A stretch of DNA of 64,000 nucleotides from Harriotta raleighana (Eukaryota), in the NCBI GenBank assembly GCA_050575255.1, contig JBNZDD010013678.1, positions 3,664,154 through 3,728,153 of the forward strand, read 5' to 3'. Both the position numbers and the translations under genes were made by a program. Under the pieces are notes generated by a model, which searched no databases, was not told the DNA's origin, and was given only the letters and a program-made list of their open reading frames with translations. This document shows positions 24,861-37,558 of the stretch, piece by piece (within the stretch, counting starts at the first letter, position 1; every line of letters begins with the position of its first letter).

Positions 24861-26031
24861 GTCAAAAGTCAATGATGGCTCAAAAGTCTAGCTTCTAAAC
24901 CCAGCTAAATTGATGCCAATCCAGATGATTGCTGTTACAGTGGGCAGCATCATTAGGCTTTGCTTTCAAATTATCTATCAGCCTGTAGGGCTGGGAGATG
25001 CTTGCAATGCAAGGTTAGACGGAAAATGATGGCAGCATGTTGATGCTTCACAGACCTCATGATAGCTTCCGTCTGTCATTATTTACGTCTGACTAGACGC
25101 GTCATGTCAACTACCTAGAAGGCACTTTTAATATGAAACCCTCTGTTTCTCCTGCTTTTAGCTAACACAACCAGAGCAAGATACCATTATTTCTCTGCTT
25201 CACTACACTTAGGTGAAATCCACTTCAATCTCACAGTAATGAACATATGGAACGAACCAATGTTGTTCTATGCACAGTATTGTATATGGGTTTATTAAAG
25301 CTTCTTTGACTCTTCCAAAGATAGACATGAATGAGCTTCCTTTTTCTAAAAGCACATAATGGTAAATCGAAGATTTAAGATTTAATGTAATTTCTTAAAG
25401 GTACAATGTTCTATTAGTGCTAATGATAAGAAAAAACACGTGCTTTGACAGTCATTGAAGTTGGTAATGTGCCTTAACCAACTGAAATATGAAGAAATGA
25501 GCCACAGTCATACTTTTCATTCGACAAATTTCAGTGAGTTTTATTCATAAAATGGGTAAAGAGTACTGAGTGAAGGTACTAAATATTTGAATCTGTTCAG
25601 CTCTGTGTGTTTGCAGATTGCATGCACCCAAATTCGCATGCATAGAGAGTACGTGCAGCAAGCAGTGAGATGTGATCAATATTGTAACAAGTTAGGCTTA
25701 TCAGAAAACTCATGAATAACAGGCTGTTTAATGTCAGCTTCATATATGGAACCATTGATCATATCACTCCTGACTATGATATACACCTTTAATACCATAT
25801 TATTAAAGTGTAACTAAAAATATTTTTTCATGACTTTGTGAGTTTAAAACATCTCCAGATTTTTTTTATTGCTCTTGATGCAAAGATTTGCAAAGATTTA
25901 TGGATGAGCCATAATATTCTGCAGTTAAACATCAACAAGATTGAAGCCATGTTGTATGGTTCTGGCCAGCAAATACCTCTGATTTCATCAACCTTCCTGT
26001 CTGTTTGCTCAAGCTGAACTAGCTGACGTGT

Positions 26032-26265
26032 AACCTTGGTGTTCTGCTTGACCTTGAGCAGAGTTTCAAAACCCACATCTAGTCCATTGCTTCTTCCATC
26101 TCCAGAACATTGCCCAATTATTCCTTTCCCGCTGTTGTTGATACTCTTACCAATGCTTTGTTACCGAATGGATAGATTCTTCCAATGATCCCAGTCACTC
26201 CAGCTCCACTCTTTAACTCTGCAGCCCAAGTTCTCTCCCCCGACAAGCTTTTGCGTTCATCTTCA
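26032..26265 (+). mobile_element. Decayed L2 ORF2 (RT C-terminal region) fragment
   Basis: Frameshifted traces of L2 motifs: NLGVLLD..SFKTHI, FHLQNIA, NSAAQVL. Confidence 0.75.
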
Positions 26266-26504
26266 ACATTACCTTTAATTATTATTCGACATGTAGTGCA
26301 AGGCCTCCAAATGCGGGAACAATATAATTCTAATAATAAAATTATAGGCGTTAATGATGTATATCAATAAACCAGAGAAGACGGGTTAGAAATCCTCTTT
26401 CATTGAAGGGAGTTACTTCTCAGACTGATTTAGAATTATGAAAAAATGAAGACTCTTGATCTGAAACATCTATGGTTCTGAGATAATCAGTAAATTCCGA
26501 GATA

Positions 26505-26605
26505 ATACAGTCAATTCACTCGACAGTATGTTCTATATTGCGCTTTAAGATGCTTTGAAGATGTGATAAGGCCCTATATCAAATGCAGTGATTATTGCTA
26601 TTATT
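26505..26605 (+). mobile_element. SINE 3' tail fragment
   Basis: atacagtcaattcact...ctatatcaaatgcagtgattattg. Confidence 0.75.
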
Positions 26606-27339
26606 AGAATCAAATGTTTTGAGATGCTGACCCAAGCGAAGGTTGTTATGTAATTATTATTTTCATTATAAAATTGTTATTATATAATTTTTATTGTCAT
26701 TCTTGTCATTTATATACAGACTTTATATACAGGCAGAGATCTTTCAAAACAGTGTTTTATTTTCGTGCAGTGGTATATCGATGCTTTAGAATTGTTTCTA
26801 ACTCAGTGGGTTGGAATTAGGTCAGAGACAATGCACAAAAACGCAAAGGTTTTGACTGATATCAATGTTACTATTGGTAAATGTCAATGCATAGTGTTGA
26901 TGTGAGCCAAATAGACAAAACGACCTACACTTAAATTCCTTTTTACAATGCATGAAATAATTGTTGTGCAATGATTATCAGTATGATCAGTCAAAATTTA
27001 ATTTATTCCATCGCTAAATACCAAGAGATTCCATTTATACTCCATGCGTTGCTGAAATGAAACTCATAAATATTTATAGAGGTCAGTCCATCTAAATACA
27101 GAATTATGAGAATATAACATAATTCTGGTCGGAAGGCTGAGGGTTTAATTCTATGTCGGAAACCGAGCTCATACTTGAAGCTGATATTGTCGGGAAATAC
27201 TGGGAGATCGCAAGATCCCAAGATCAGGTAAAGAAAGCCCTTGATCTCATCATTCCCAACCCCACTCTTTCTTTTCTTAGATGAATCAGAGAAGTGTGGA
27301 CTGATCATAGAGTATGGATCCACTGACCACTCCCTCTCA

Positions 27340-27630
27340 CTTTTCATTCAAGTGGCCATTCTATGTGAGTCTGTACATTGTGTGTTGGCAAGCTAGTTGA
27401 CAGCAGGGGGCGCATCACAGCTGACACACAATCTTTACCTATCTCACCTACCCACACATGTACTTCCCCTGTTAATTGGTCCCCTTGTATAGCCTAAGGG
27501 TGCTGAAGCCAATTGTAACTATCCAACTTCTGCCCAAACTCAGTAGAGACCAGGTTTCAAAAATACAATGTCTTGTCTCTATGGCTTTGTGCTCCAGGAA
27601 TCACGTAACTATACCTACTGGGTTACTAAG
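27340..27630 (-). mobile_element. Old tRNA-headed SINE of a second family
   Basis: caagtggccattct...ggcaagctagttgac...gcatcacagc is also seen at 60330-60460; degenerate head near 27545-27630; resembles a recalled shark SINE. Confidence 0.5.
27400..27413 (+). promoter_or_regulatory. CTCF core-like motif
   Basis: acagcagggggcgc matches CCASYAGRKGGCRS at 13 of 14 positions. Confidence 0.45.
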
Positions 27631-27911
27631 AGAACAAAACATTAATTAAACTTTTGACATTTTAGTTTCACGTCTGAGCCGCAAATCAAAGTCAACCAAT
27701 AAATTAATCGATTTTGAGTTAATTTAGGCATACTGTGTCCCTTTTAACAACACAGAGTGTCTTTTAAACACGGATCCAATAGAGGCCATTTGAAAACCAT
27801 CTCTTCAGTTGACCATATTTGGAATGTGTTTCTTAGTGTTTGCTGAATTTTGTTCAACGTGGCGTGGTAAAAGTTTTTCAAATAGGGCTTCATTATAAAT
27901 AAGTAACTTTA

Positions 27912-28250
27912 TGGAGTCCTGTAGGGTATTGGTTAGAGGCCTCGCCTCGCAAGCAACAATTCAATTCTCAGGTGGGGTGAAACCGTAGTCAAGCTCTTTA
28001 CTCCACACGCCTCTGTTTATCTAACAGCAAGTAGAAAACCAGTTGTCAGTTGATTGGTGGATTGCTTTCTGGGGGTAATAAACCCTCCAAAATAAATGGT
28101 CACTCAATCCACGACTGTTTGTGGGACACTGCCGTGCGCTATTGGCTGCTGCATTTCGCCCACAAAACAGTCACAACACTTTACAATACATTCTATGATG
28201 CGCTTTAAGAACAATGATGAGGTGCAATATCAAATGCAAGGATTATTATT
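27912..28250 (+). mobile_element. Full-length SINE, long (older) subfamily
   Basis: tggagtcctgtag head, 64-nt extra segment 28012-28075, standard 3' body and tail. Confidence 0.85.
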
Positions 28251-29548
28251 GTATTATATATACATATTACTCTAACCTGCTTTGCTTGAACCAAGATTGC
28301 AGAGCAATCAATACTAAAGATGGCTATGCTATGGCAAAATGATCATCACTAATTTGTAGAAGTACAACATTAATTTATTCATATGTTTGTTTAGCATTTC
28401 ACAGTAAATTGAAAACAAGCATTGAATGTTACAGATTTATTTATGGGTTTGCAATAAAAACTTAGATAAAAATTAAAAACAAGCTCATACTTTGAAAACT
28501 AATTAAATATGAACCCATTGAGCTTTCAAGTCTAATTGTATATGTTTTCATCTCATCAACTTTTTAATTGCGGGTTCTGAGCCTTTGTTGATAAAATCAT
28601 GTTGGGAATCATTTAAAAAAAAACTTGTACATATATTTATCTCTCTTTCCTATTTATAATATTCCCCTGTGTCCCATCATCTTATGACGTAACTCATTAC
28701 CACTGCAATGAGCTGAGCCGCTGCACTTCACATTTATTTCTGCTGTGGAACATTTCTTACAATTTCCAAACATGCTTAACTTGCACCAAATGCTGGGTTT
28801 GTTTGTAAATGGATTTTGTTTCCTCCAGATTAATTAGCAACAAAACTTTAATGAGCAAACTTAAATAGAAATGAGATTCCCAAAGATTGGCCTTGTATTA
28901 AATTGTGCATAATATATAAATATAATATGAAAGTGTTAATGTGCAGATTTGTTAATGCGAAAGAATAAACAAATTCACTAAAATGTAATGATTGATTTTG
29001 ATTTTCCTGTCTATTTGCTTTTGTAATCATATCTGATTTTATTGCATCTCTCGCCCAAATAGACCCAAAATACAGAATCATAGAAAAAAGACTGCTTTTA
29101 AAATATCAGCACTAGGTGTCTCTGCAGTATTCTTGGATCTGCAAACAGTCCTAGCCATTTCTTTCCGAAAAATATTCCCACCGTTTAGAAGGAAACACCA
29201 TTGATGCATGTTTGGAGACTGTAACAAAGTATTTAAGAACAATGAGTAAACTCACTGCAGATCTGGTTTATGTTCTATCGCACATCTTCTATTTATTAAC
29301 ATGCACTTAAACGACTAAAGTTTGTTAGAGGCCACACAAGAAATCAAAGAAAGAACTACATTAAACATATTGAACAAGCTCACTGAACAAACCCATCTTC
29401 TTATAAGATTGAAATAGATCCATCAGATACTCATTGCTAAATGCCGTATCATCGATAAACTAAAGTATCATCGCTAAATGATTGCTTTGCAATCAGCCAC
29501 TTTTACATTCCATTCAAGATTGAAATGATAAGATAGCAACAAAGGTTT

Positions 29549-29879
29549 GTGGAGTCCTGTAACTCAGTGGTCAGAGCACGCATCTCACAAGTATGAGACC
29601 TGTGTTTGAATCCAGGCAGGTCAGGGCGAAACCTTGGGCAAGTTTCCTTGCTCCACATGCCTAATAATAATCCCTCCAAAAAACCCACAATAATAAAATT
29701 AGTCATTTCAATCTACAACTGTTTGCGGGACATTGCTGTGCGCAATTGGCTGCCACGTTTCACCCACAAATATACAGTCAATTCACTTTACAGTACATTC
29801 TGTGAAACGCTTTGAGATGTCTAAAAGACATGAAAAACACTATATCAAATGCAAGGATTATTATTATTATTTATTATTA
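29549..29879 (+). mobile_element. Full-length tRNA-derived SINE
   Basis: gtggagtcctgtaactcagtgg A box, tttgaatcc B box, (TTA)n tail. Confidence 0.92.
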
Positions 29880-30608
29880 AATGCAGATGTGGATTTTATT
29901 CATGATGTTTCTAGTATCTCCAAACAGAAATGTGCTAAATCCTCACCCCATTCACAAAATATTGACTAAATATTGTACTTGCCTCAAAATTAATAATTCC
30001 TTCCTATTTTCTGGATCCCATGATTTGCAATCAGCCACTTTTATATTCCATTCAAGATTGAAATGATAAGCTAGCTACAAAGGTTTTAAGTATTTTACAA
30101 TTTTTGGTGGCTAGTATTCACATTTATATCTGCGAGACACTTTACATCTATTGGAACTGTAACTACTGTAGACACACAGATTCTTTGGGCAGAGATGAAG
30201 CTAACTAAACTAAAGTATCATAGTTGATATCTATCTGAAACAACAGGGTTTGACTTTTACATAATGGTGTAACTGTGTGTAGGCATTTTCCTGATGCTTT
30301 TCATTGTGTGTCATGAAAAGTGACCTTTGAAGGTCTATATCTTTGTAATTAACCATTTTATTGCATCAAAAGCATTTGGAAATCAGTGCTGAACGTACAA
30401 AAGACTGCCAGGAGTGAAGATTTTAAACATTTCAGCACAATCGTGCTTTAATTGAGTGAAAGAAAATTAGAAATGTTAAGAATTACTTTTACAATTTATA
30501 TAAATCTATATATCTGCGCACGTTTATCACAGTAAGCTTCAAGTTATCAGTCATTGGAAATCTAAGGCCTTGATTATATCTTTGACCAAGCACACAAATG
30601 TATTAAAA

Positions 30609-30908
30609 GTGGAGTCCTGTAGCTCAATGGTTAGAGTATTTGCCTCACAAACGAGAAATTTCGGTTCAATTCCAGGCAGGGCGAAACGTTCGACAAACTT
30701 CCTTACTCCACACGCCTAGTAATAATCCCTCCAAAAAAAAACAATAATAAATTTGTCACTTCAATCCAGGACTGTTTGTGCTGTGCGCAATTGGCTGTTG
30801 TGTTTTACCCGCATACAGTCAATTCACTTTACAGCATATTCTGTGAGCGATTTGAGACAGCTAGAAGACGTGAAAAGCGCTATATCAAATGCAAGGATTA
30901 TTATTATT
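30609..30908 (+). mobile_element. Full-length tRNA-derived SINE
   Basis: gtggagtcctgtagctcaatggttagag...ggttcaattcc...aaatgcaaggattattattatt. Confidence 0.92.
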
Positions 30909-31945
30909 GAGTCAATTTCTTGCATTATCAGTTCTATACAAACAGGTTATTGGAATTAACTACTGAGAATGTTGAATAAGTACTTGCAAAATCTTCTCCG
31001 TGCTATTGACATAACTTACTCACTGCACACTGTGACCTACTGCAGTATCATTACACTGAATGATCAACAGTTTGACAATATGTTCAAGCTATTTGCTTCA
31101 TGTCATTTATTTATTTATAAATAGATAATAAATAGTCTTGTCTCTTAAACAGGCACTAAAATAGCACTTACAACATAAAGGGGAACTTTTTCCCCTTTGT
31201 TTAATAAAGCAAAATAAGTTTGGATCACATTGTTATATATTTTATTCACCGCATTCTGCTTTTGCCATTATTTGTGATCCTGCATTGTGCAGTGATGTCC
31301 CAATTCTGTGCGCATATAAAAAATTCTCTTTAACATGTCCCATCTCTGACCTTTCCATTGGTTTATGAGTCTTGTGTCTTTTCTGTGAGTAAAGGGAAAA
31401 TAGATCTAGATTTTCAGAACTTTGAATATGATTTATTACGTGCATGATTTAATAAGCATATAATTGAATATGATTCAAGGCACAATCTTTGTGAGTTCTG
31501 TTCAGATTACCCAGTTTTAGTTTTCTTTGAAGGAGGCTGGAGGTTCCTGTATAAAAGATATTCCCTCGTGCTAGTTCAAGAAGTGTATACGGTACTGTTA
31601 TTTTACTTCGAAATATAGTAATAGGAAAGCAGAACTCATTATTTCATTGAAAGAATGACGCTTACCTTTTGTCAGTTGCAAGTGCCCTTTACTCTCATTT
31701 GTAATGTGCAGATGACACTCAGAGAACAACATGACTGTGTTGTGCGTTTTTGTGGTTCGATGTTGGGAGCCTGGTCTGCTATGCAGCACACATCTACATT
31801 CACGCAATGTAATGCTATGTACAAGGGAGACAGGAATGGCAGGTGGATGCTTATGTCGCACTACAAGCAATTTTATAAGAAGAAATGTTCATATATGAGC
31901 CTGGGCAGTAAATTATTAAATGGCAGACCAAGAGATCCAATGAAT

Positions 31946-32195
31946 CAGGGCGAAACCTTGGGCAAGTTTCCTTACACCACATGCCTAATAATAATCTGTC
32001 CAAAAAAAACCACAATAATAAAAATTGTCATTTTTAATCCACGACTGTTTGTGGGATACTGATGTGTGCAATTAGCTGCCGCATTTCACCCACAATTATA
32101 CAGTTAATTCACTTTACAGTACATTCTGTGAAGTATTTTGAGACATCGATAAGATGTGAAAAGCGCTAAATCAACTGCAAGGATTATTATTATTA
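31946..32195 (+). mobile_element. SINE, 5'-truncated
   Basis: cagggcgaaaccttgggcaagtttcc through tail. Confidence 0.9.
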
Positions 32196-33584
32196 TCATC
32201 ATAAAGGATGATTTTTCTTCTATGAAAATGCTTTCGTAACAAGTACTTAATATTGGTAGATATAATGTAAATGTTTGGCAGTAGAACAGTCCTTAGATAA
32301 AGAAAGTCCAGAGACCAAAAAGAAACCAAAAATCCAGCACAACATCCAATACAATTGCTCTTAGCAGCTGAAGTACCATTAACTCGAAAAGAAATGATGC
32401 CTTCACAGAACAATTATGGAAAATTGCATTTTAATAGAAAGATCAGAGACTGGATCGGGAGTTGGAATTGGGGCAACACAGCGAGGTCAGTGTTATTATT
32501 GATGGTTTCTACAAACGTTGAATTGGGAAGCGTAGCAAAGAATGTGTTCTATTTGTAAACAAAATATTGAATTAAAAGAACCCGACTGATTCATTATTAT
32601 TTTATGGCTTTTCTAAATTTTTTGCAATTTTACTTCATCGGGACTAGCAAATGATAAGAAAAAAATAATTGATGTGAATGTCATAGAGAGTGTTTGGAAT
32701 CCACTATGGCTGTTAAACTTAAGATGTAAGACTTGCTTGGCTTTTGACAATAGTTGTCTATGACTCACTTGCTGGGTAGAGTACCATGGCAACATGTAAA
32801 ACTCATTTGATATATTAAACTTTACCCATTAGGGTGACAGTATTTGTAGGAAACACAGATTACCCAACAACTGCAAAAAGGTACATTAACTTTTTTCTTG
32901 TAATCCATCCCCATAAAATAAACTTCAATAAAAATAAATTGCCATGTTTGAAATGACATGATGACACAGTCTGTAAGAAAACGTAGTCATACTGAAGCTA
33001 AACAGATTGAATCAGTCTATATTACCGTATAAAGTGTGTACTTAGCTAATGTAATCAGGTGCAGTCTGTTAAATTTCAGTATGATTTTGCTTTTGAGTTC
33101 GGAACTCAGTGTACAGAACACAACAGTAGTTAATCAGATCTGAATGTCATTGAAGTCCACCGGTAGGCAGAATAACTATTATATATCTCCAACCCATTCC
33201 TTTACAAAAAGCAGCATAAGTGATGACCATATATGCTTTTGACACACATATCAATTCTTCACACCATGCAAGTAGAAAAAATAGTCGTGGAGGCAAACCT
33301 GAAAACAAATATTGTTTTTGCAGATGTTTTGCTCTTACTGCTAAAGTATTGGGCAAAAGACAATACCAGATAAACCGCTTGAAATGGATCTCTGAGAAAT
33401 CTACCCTGATTTGGGGAACATATACAGTACATATGTTCTAGATTTGCATACTCAGTACAAGGCAGTAACATATTCAGATGACACTAAGCCAGGAGGAGTA
33501 GACAGACGTAATTTTATACAAAGAATTTGACAGGGTATATGCATCTTGTGAATGACACCATGGGTATCTACTGCATATAGTTTG

Positions 33585-33673
33585 GGGTCTGAAGCATTGA
33601 CTGTCCAGCGCCTGGGACATCCTCCCGAGGTGAAAGGCTCTATACAAATATAATTTTGTTGTTGTTGTTGTTG
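33585..33673 (+). mobile_element. L2 LINE 3' end
   Basis: gactgtccagcgcctgggacatcctcccgaggtgaaagg...(GTT)n. Confidence 0.85.
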
Positions 33674-34124
33674 GGCAACCCCCAGGATGTGACATTGGTA
33701 GGAACTCGATGATCAACGAGTCAGTCATTATTCAATACAGGAAGCTGGTCAGTCGATATTGGAAGCTGGAAATGGACCTTACCTCCAGTAACTATGGACA
33801 ATATGCTAAAGGCAGATCTACACTCTAGTGTAGCGCTTAATAATGGGGTTTCCCTGTAACTGTAATTTTGTTGTTTAAGGCTAAACTTTACAATTGAATC
33901 TAGCAAGTACTGTACATGGTTCCTTCACTGAGACATGCTATGAATTGCCATTATATTTTATTGAATGGGAATTCACAAGAGAGTTTCTGCACTTTTCTTG
34001 ACAAAGGGTTAAAATATCCTTGAGCTGTTTAGGAAGACAGACTCAAGGGAAGCATAAGTAAATTACACATAAGATTTTTTATCCAATTCAAAACTCAATC
34101 TAATCTTAAAATAGTAATACATAA

Positions 34125-34300
34125 AATAATTTGGTCACTCGATCCACAACTGTATGTTGTGCGCAATTGGCTTCCACAGTTTTGCCCACAAAATATACAG
34201 CCAATTCACTTTGCAATATACAGTTCTGTATTCTGTGAAGGGTTTTCAAACGTCTCTATGACATGATAAGGTGCTATATCAAATGCAAGGATTATTATTA
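34125..34300 (+). mobile_element. SINE 3' half
   Basis: tttggtcactcgatccac...aaatgcaaggattattatta. Confidence 0.8.
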
Positions 34301-34347
34301 GTATTATCAGTAGTATTAGAACTCTGCTCCCCATTCTCCCACATATA

Positions 34348-34830
34348 GTGGAGTCCTGTAGCTCAGTGGTTAGAGAACTCGCCTTACAACAACAACAACA
34401 AAATTACACTTCTAGAGTGCCTTTCACATCGGGAGGATGTCCCAAGGGGCTGAACAATCAGATCGAGACCCAAGCAGGGGAGTGGACGAAGTAGGGGGAA
34501 GGGGAAGGAGAATAGGAGAGGGGGAAGAGTTAGGAGGGGAGCAGAAGGCATAGTCGAAGAGGAAGGTCTTGAGACCCGCGAGAGACCTGAATTCAATTCC
34601 AGGCAGGGTGAAACCTTGGGCAAGTTTCCTTACTCCACACGCATAATCCCTCAAAAAAAAACAATAACAATTTGGTCGACTGTTTGTGGGATAATGCTGT
34701 GCGCAATTGGCTACCGCATTTCTCCCACAAATATACAGTCAATTTAATTTACAGTATATTCTGTGAAGTGCTTTGATATGCTTAGAAGACGTGAAAAGTG
34801 CTGCATCTAAACGCAAGGATTATTATTATA
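34348..34830 (+). mobile_element. Full-length SINE interrupted by an antisense L2
   Basis: Head to gccttacaa (34389), resumes at gcgagagacc (34578). Confidence 0.9.
34390..34577 (-). mobile_element. L2 LINE 3' end nested in a SINE head
   Basis: (CAA)n tail, purine-rich UTR, minus-strand LKTFLF ORF2 end. Confidence 0.9.
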
Positions 34831-36483
34831 TACACCCATTTCCAAATAACCTCTGTGTGAAATTATGAAATCGTGGGCAGATTAGAATGTGGGTCTCTCT
34901 ACATCTGCAGCAATTACAGTATAATTAAATAACTGGAGATGCTGCACTTGCAGTGAACAAGCAGGACAGTGTTAAATGGTTACTTAAGTTTCTTCTGTTT
35001 TCATATCCTCTGGGGTAAAATTCTATTTCTAGTGCAAGACTGGACACCAAGTAGCTGGAAAGCTGAGAAACCTCTTCTCAATTCAGACAGGCAGGTTAGG
35101 GTGTCAAACAGTCTTGCACCTCACTACTCTGACCTTCCGATTGTGAGGTGAGTGCTCTCACCACAGCTCTGTGCAGACTGCCCATTCTCAGTAGGATGTT
35201 GAGTTCAGTAAAATAGGTGTCAGATTTTAATAGTTAGTAATTGCATGTGTTCCGATACCAGAGGGCAAATCTTAGCCTGGTAGCAGCAAATTTTAGAAGA
35301 TTTCATAAAGCAGTCGAAATTAAGTCAATCAGTAAGCTTCCGGGCTATTTGATTTTCAACTGGGAGATACTGAGGATTGGATTGGTGGCAATAAGCAATT
35401 ACCCCCATCAGTACAGTAATTTGGTTCATTTCTCTGCGCTATCCCACCATTTTTCTCCCAAGTCACTGCAAAAACTGGAGGTCTAGAGAGACATGACTTA
35501 TTGTCTCTCGCTTGGGTAATTTGTGACCTACATTTATCTAGTGTTTGTAATCTGCCTGTTCTTTTGCTGTTTGGGTTTGGATCAGCGCAAAGTGAGAGGT
35601 TGTTAGGGAAAGCAAATGCCAACCTGATACAGTAGGAGGCATTGTTCTACACTTGGGCAGAGGAGGAATACAGAAGCAATGCTGAGGGAGCTTGACAAGC
35701 CACATGACACACAGGTCCCATCATTTAATGCTGCCACTGATTAGAAACCTGTATAAAGCATTCACTTCCTGACTTCACCCCTCACCTTGATACACCCACA
35801 GGAAACTTGCACTAACAGACCTGTATTTTGTGGAATACCTGGGATTTAAAAATTTACTTAAAAAGTTAAGACCTTACATTGTTCTGTAAAGGATTTCTGA
35901 GAATATGGAAAATCACAGCCTCCCATTGCATTTTATTTATTGACATATGGTGATGCAAATGAAAGGGTTATCAGTTTCCATCCAGCGCAATCACTCAGTC
36001 TTCTAGGTGTGGTCTGAAATCCAGAATGTGGTCTGACAGATCCATGTAGTCTTAAAGAGATAGGTCTAAATGTAAACAGACACAACTACTGAAGTTTTAC
36101 TGCAGTTCAGTAATTAAAGAGAATTGGAGCAGCTTCACCCATGGATCAGTGAGTTTATCCAGTGACTAACTGAGCCATAAAGATCCTCCCCTCCGCCTTT
36201 CTCCTTCCCTCCCCCCATGGTTGCATCGGCTGCTAAGACTCAGTGTCAAGGCTCCCATATAAACGAGTGAGGAACATTGGGTGCTAATGGAACTGTACCA
36301 CTTACTCAAGGAGAGAGAGAGGAGAGGATGAGAGCAAAGTATGGGAACAAAAATTGGGCAGTAAACAAAAAGAGAACTGAGATTGAATTGAAAAATTGAA
36401 TCACAGTTATTGATTGACTGAGAATGAAATTAATAGCATTGTAGATTTGTACGCTTTTAAGAACAGAATGCATTCAATTAAAA

Positions 36484-36705
36484 TACATGGAGTTACAAAG
36501 AGTGATACAACACGGAAATAGGCTATTCGGCCTGACTATGCCAGTGCTTATACTCCATACAAGCCCCTTTGCTCCTATTCCCCTCCCCTTTCCTCTATTC
36601 CATTTGATTTAATGAATGCATCAAATTTCCATTAAACAGATTTATTTAACTGTAGCGTCTAGCAGCTCTTTCACTTACCACCCTCTGTGTGACAGAGGTT
36701 CCTTC
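36484..36705 (-). mobile_element. Decayed CR1-type LINE 3' end
   Basis: aacacggaaataggctattcggcc terminal motif; accaccctctgtgtga reads TQRVV on the minus strand. Confidence 0.6.
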
Positions 36706-37449
36706 TAAAAATACCCAACAACAAAATAAACTAGGCAATGATATATATTACAAAATAATGTTCATCTGATAAAATTATTGCCTTAAAATAAAATGGTACA
36801 AATAATTTGTGAAAATAGATGTCTCAAACTAAATTGATTATGTGGAACATCTTTCTGTTCATCAGTGGTTGTTAATGTGCAACTCACTGACGAGATGAGC
36901 AAAAGAGAAGCAAATCACTGGGCTTAAGAGATTCAAGGATTTCATTCTCTTGGAGGAAATAAAACCTCTCAGTGAAAAAGCATGAATAAATATTTTCTCT
37001 GCAAATTCTTGTTCACATTAGATTGAAAAATGCAAAGAAAAGGTATATTTATCCAGTGCATTCCTTATCCACAGCATTTTTAATCATGTAAATTAGTAAG
37101 AATAATGGAGAATTTCTCTGCTAAAGTGATTTAAGTGAGATCGAAGAAAGAAGAATGACAATTTTGTGTGCTCAATAGTATAAATAAAATAATGAATAAA
37201 CAAGCCAATGGGTATGATTTCTTTCATCATCTCCCTCTTATGAAAGTCCATCACAGTTTGACACAGAAACAAAAGAGAATTGAATTTAGAAAATGTGTTG
37301 ATGATTCTGCATTCCAAATAAATAAATAGATAAATAAATGACTGGGCTTGAATTACTTTGTTTATAATGTTGCTGAATTGTTTTCATGCGTCTTTGAGGG
37401 AATAAATGTTGCAAATCTGAGTAAAATATTATTATTTTTAAAGATTTTA

Positions 37450-37558
37450 AATAATAATAATCATTGCTTTTGATATAGCACTTTTCACATCTTCTAGATG
37501 TCTCAAAGCGCTTTACAGAATACACTGTAAAGTGAATTGACTGTATATTTGTGGGTGA
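37450..37558 (-). mobile_element. SINE 3' fragment
   Basis: ataataataatcattgc...gtgaattgactgtatatttgtgggtgaa. Confidence 0.85.

Noticed and set aside
29549-29620. tRNA genes at the SINE heads
   Set aside because: A and B boxes are present, but each runs into the SINE body and no intact cloverleaf is evident
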